Assembly: GCF_000981445.1 (NCBI RefSeq)
Contig: NC_027216.1
Location: 1,116,001 to 1,180,000 of the forward strand
Direction of reading: 5' to 3'
DNA length: 64,000 nt
From: Babesia bigemina
Lineage: Eukaryota
The first letter of the stretch is position 1. The number at the start of each line of letters is the position of its first letter. The position numbers were made by a program, and so were the translations under genes. Positions 60,551-64,000 of this stretch are shown here, piece after piece. The notes beneath the pieces were generated by a model, which was given only the letters and a program-made list of their open reading frames with translations, was not told the DNA's origin and searched no databases.

Positions 60551-63448
60551 ATGGTGCTACACCCTCAGGGAATCAAGGAAGTCGACTCTGCGATTCTTGA
60601 GCAAGTATGTTTGACTCGCGGCTTTCCCAGCCGTATTGTTAACGTTAACAATTTCAAAACTCCCAAATGATACTCAACGAATCTGTAGAAAGTATCGAGC
60701 AATGTAGACGTGGTATTTCGCCTTCACGCTCTTAGCAAAAGGCTAAAGCAAAAAATCAAGAGATTAGATGTTAGTTTGTCTATGCACTTCTCAGTGTGAC
60801 ACCATGGCAGGCGTCACACCATCTTGTGAAGAAATACAAGTCTTTCATAAACAACATTCGAGCAATAATTGATCGCATAATTGTACAAAGTTTGGGCGAC
60901 GACGAATCGTTATCCGAAGATGCATCTGAGCTTAAGTACGAATTCATCGGAGATTCACAACTTAGGATTAACGACGAAACGCTTGAAATTTCAGAAGATG
61001 AGTCCAATGATGCGCACGATGACGACTCCGAATCCGAATTTAAGTATACTAATGTCAACAACCAAGCGGCTTGTCAAATATCGGACACCATTTTCGCACC
61101 TATTACAATATTCGATCGGCTCTATATCCATCAAAAGAAAGGTTTGAAATGGTTGGCTGGGCTACATCATCGTGGGCACGGTGGTATATTAGCCGATGAA
61201 ATGGGATTAGGGAAAACCATCACAATTCTGTCTTTTTTCAATGCGCTGATATTTTCTACCGAGTCCAAAACGCTCAATTTAGAGGGTGGATTGCACGTCC
61301 TAGTTGTGTGTCCAACTACGCTAATTTCACAGTGGAAGGATGAAATGGGTAAATGGGCCCCGCTTTTGAAGCCTATCGTATTTCATGGCGCTTTGGGTTC
61401 TTTCGGTAAACGAGCAATTTTCGGAAAGAGTCAAAGAGTGAAATACAAAGCCCTCATAACGAGCTATGAAACATTGAGAGTCCATATCGAAACCATTAAC
61501 GCTTGCCATTGGTCATACGTAGTCCTAGATGAAGGGCAAAAAATTAGAAACCCTGATGCGGCCATAACGCTTGCAGTGAAGACTCTGGGTACTCCGCATA
61601 GGATTCTGCTCTCAGGATCGCCTATACAAAACAACCTTGTGGAATTTTGGTCCTTGTTGGATTTTGTTGCACCTGGGCATTTGGGTACACTTCCTTTATT
61701 CACTGAACAGTTTGTGGAACCCATTATGAGGTCCACTGACGTATGCAATAATTCAGCTGCATATAATTGTGCTTTGCGTTTAAGAGAACTGGTCCATCCT
61801 TTTATTCAAAGGAACCTAAAAAGCGAATTCACGGATTGTTTGAGACTTCCAAAGAAAACAGAGCATATCATAATGTGCAATTTGACTAGAGTGCAATACC
61901 AAGTCTATATTGCCCTTCTCAAAAACGTCATTAATGTTGAATCGGTGGGCAATAGCAACTTGGCATTAGCTGTGAAAACGTCCATCAGTCGTATGGGTAG
62001 TAAGATGAAATCCAGCAAATTCTTGCTTTTGCTAACATTACTTAGGAAAGTCTGCAATCACCCTGATCTGGTTTTAAAAGAACATCCTAAAGACTTCGGT
62101 AACGTAGAAAGGTCTTCTAAACTGATGATTGCACTCGATATCATATCCAACTGGGAAGTAAACGGGCATAAGATTTTGGTTTTTTCACAAACTATACAGA
62201 TGCTGAACATTATCTATGCCAACTTGGCCACACGGTATGGTGCGTGTAGAATAGCTAGAATCGATGGTGACATCTCCATAAAAAGGCGTTCCGGTATTTT
62301 AGATGCTTTCGAAAAGGGGGAAGATGTTTTTGTCTTGTTACTAACAACTCGAGTAGGGGGCGTAGGTCTAAATCTTACGTGTGCGGATCGTATTCTTATT
62401 TTTGATCCAGATTGGAATCCGATGACCGATTCACAGGCCAGAGAAAGGTCGTACAGAATCGGCCAGAACAGGGATGTTGTCATCTATAGGTTGATATCTG
62501 CACATACTGTGGAAGAAAAAATTTATCACAGGCAAATATACAAGTTTTATTTAAGCGAACGCATACTCACTGATCCCCGTGTTATGGGTTTTAGATTTCT
62601 GCCCGCCTCTGATCTCCTTTCTTTGCCGCCAAAACCCGCAGGTCCAGGTGATACCGGTGAATATATGCATGACGTGGAAAAGCAGCTTAAATCTATCGAT
62701 TTTGAGATGGAAATCAGGCAACTTAACAACACTAACGGAATATACCAACGTTCAAGCGATGTAGCTAAATGCGTATCAGAAGAAAACCCCATCCTGCAGT
62801 CAATATTTGCACATCACGAAATCGAGGGAGTAATCAAGCATGACGATATTGAAAATAGGATTTACGCAAATGTTGACCAGGATTCCTCAGTAATTGCGGA
62901 TAAGGCTATACAACTTTTGAAAAGATCGCTAAAGGAACGAAGTGCATATGATATATCGGTTCCAACATGGACTGGCGAAAATGGTCAGGCTGCGGCGCCA
63001 GTGTGTTGCAATGGGCGTAAGGTGCCAAAAGGTGGTACCGGAAACAGTGTTTCCATGTTACAAAATCTAAGACGTAAGACTCACGGTCCTGACGTTGCGG
63101 TGATACGCAAGGATATGTGCCCTATGATTAACATAATTTTAGACTACTTCAGACGTGCACCAAAATTAGAAATTCCAACGGGAGAGGTATGTCACATAAT
63201 AACTCCTCATTTATGCATAGGTAATCCAACATTTCGGACCACTCATTCCAGGTAATGGTTTAATCTTCAGGTTTAAAATGCGCAGAATCGGAGATGAAAA
63301 AATTCAAGTGCATTCTCAAAAAGGTTAGATTGCCCGTAAAAAATTCATCAGACTATAGTTATGTCAGTTGAAAAAAAGAAATGATGGACCAAACTGCTGG
63401 GTCCTGAGAGAAGAATTTACTTCGAAAAAACCATCGCACGAATCGTAG
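60551..63448 (+). CDS. RAD26: SNF2-family ATPase Rad26/ERCC6 (CSB)
   Basis: GGILADEMGLGKT, LDEGQKIRNPDA, PGHLGTLPLF, FDPDWNP..QARERSYRIGQ, EEKIYHRQIYK, VPTWTG. Confidence 0.9.
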
Positions 63449-63714
63449 AATCTTCTAGTGACGTAACACCTACTAGCACGCCTAAATTTTAAATGTAGAT
63501 GCATATGTTTCTCCCATATGTGTATTGTTGTGTGCAATATAATCCCAGGTATTGAATATGTGTTGTGTTTACTGACCGATCAATCATCTATCACCACCCA
63601 AAATCCGCCGTATAAGTTTTTCAAAATTGAAAAAAACCCACACCTTAAGATCCATCGACATAAAAAAAAACAATATCAATGCAAATGTTTCATAAAATAC
63701 TACACAGATAATAA

Positions 63715-64000
63715 CGCACCGGAGCCCGGCACAACGGGCGGATGTGGGCCAGGGTAGGAGGCACGACAGGCACGTAACCACGCCAATGTGGCACCAAGGC
63801 TACACTGGCGCGGTCTGGCGTGCCGTACAGCCGCAGCTGCAGTTGGCCGTGGCGGCTCCCCAGGCGTGCCGGCGGCGGCGCTCCCGGACTGTCCGGATGC
63901 GTGTCGGTCGATGGGAGATATAGAGCAGCTATACCGCGACACCGGGTCACATCATGTGCTGTGCAGCGCCTGCCGCGGTCTGGCGATGTCTCGCCCAGCG
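63715..64000. other. abrupt GC-rich, hairpin-rich non-coding block truncated by the window edge
   Basis: Sharp composition change after an A-rich tract; CGCGGTCTGGCG occurs twice; inverted repeats. Confidence 0.4.

Overview
Gene-dense, intron-containing eukaryotic chromosome segment from a piroplasmid apicomplexan, most likely Babesia sensu stricto. This is inferred from ~33-40 nt GT-AG introns, apicoplast-type ferredoxin, SSB and Tic22-like genes, and an s48/45 6-Cys relic. About 37 protein-coding genes can be reconstructed by hand-splicing, mostly housekeeping: MCM4, RPT3, Rad26/CSB, ADSS, U2AF65, TPx, USP39, PRP40, alpha-SNAP, PIS, CCT, CDS, Ctr, RPS15, MCTS1, SNF8 and others. There are three tRNA genes (iMet, Arg-ACG, Arg-TCG). 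The main accessory region is a ~3 kb island (39.57-42.59 kb) bracketed by two near-identical, divergently oriented tRNA-Arg genes. It holds a stop-disrupted 6-Cys pseudogene and a GC-rich, strongly self-complementary ~200-270 nt segment with a T6 run (candidate ncRNA or retroelement relic). Other oddities: a U1:U72 initiator tRNA, an upstream stop codon 1 nt before the ATG of the reinitiation factor MCTS1, abutting convergent stop codons, a stand-alone GNL3/Grn1 N-terminal domain gene, and a GC-rich structured block at the right edge. Exon boundaries and family calls are manual inferences from remembered motifs; no database search was run.
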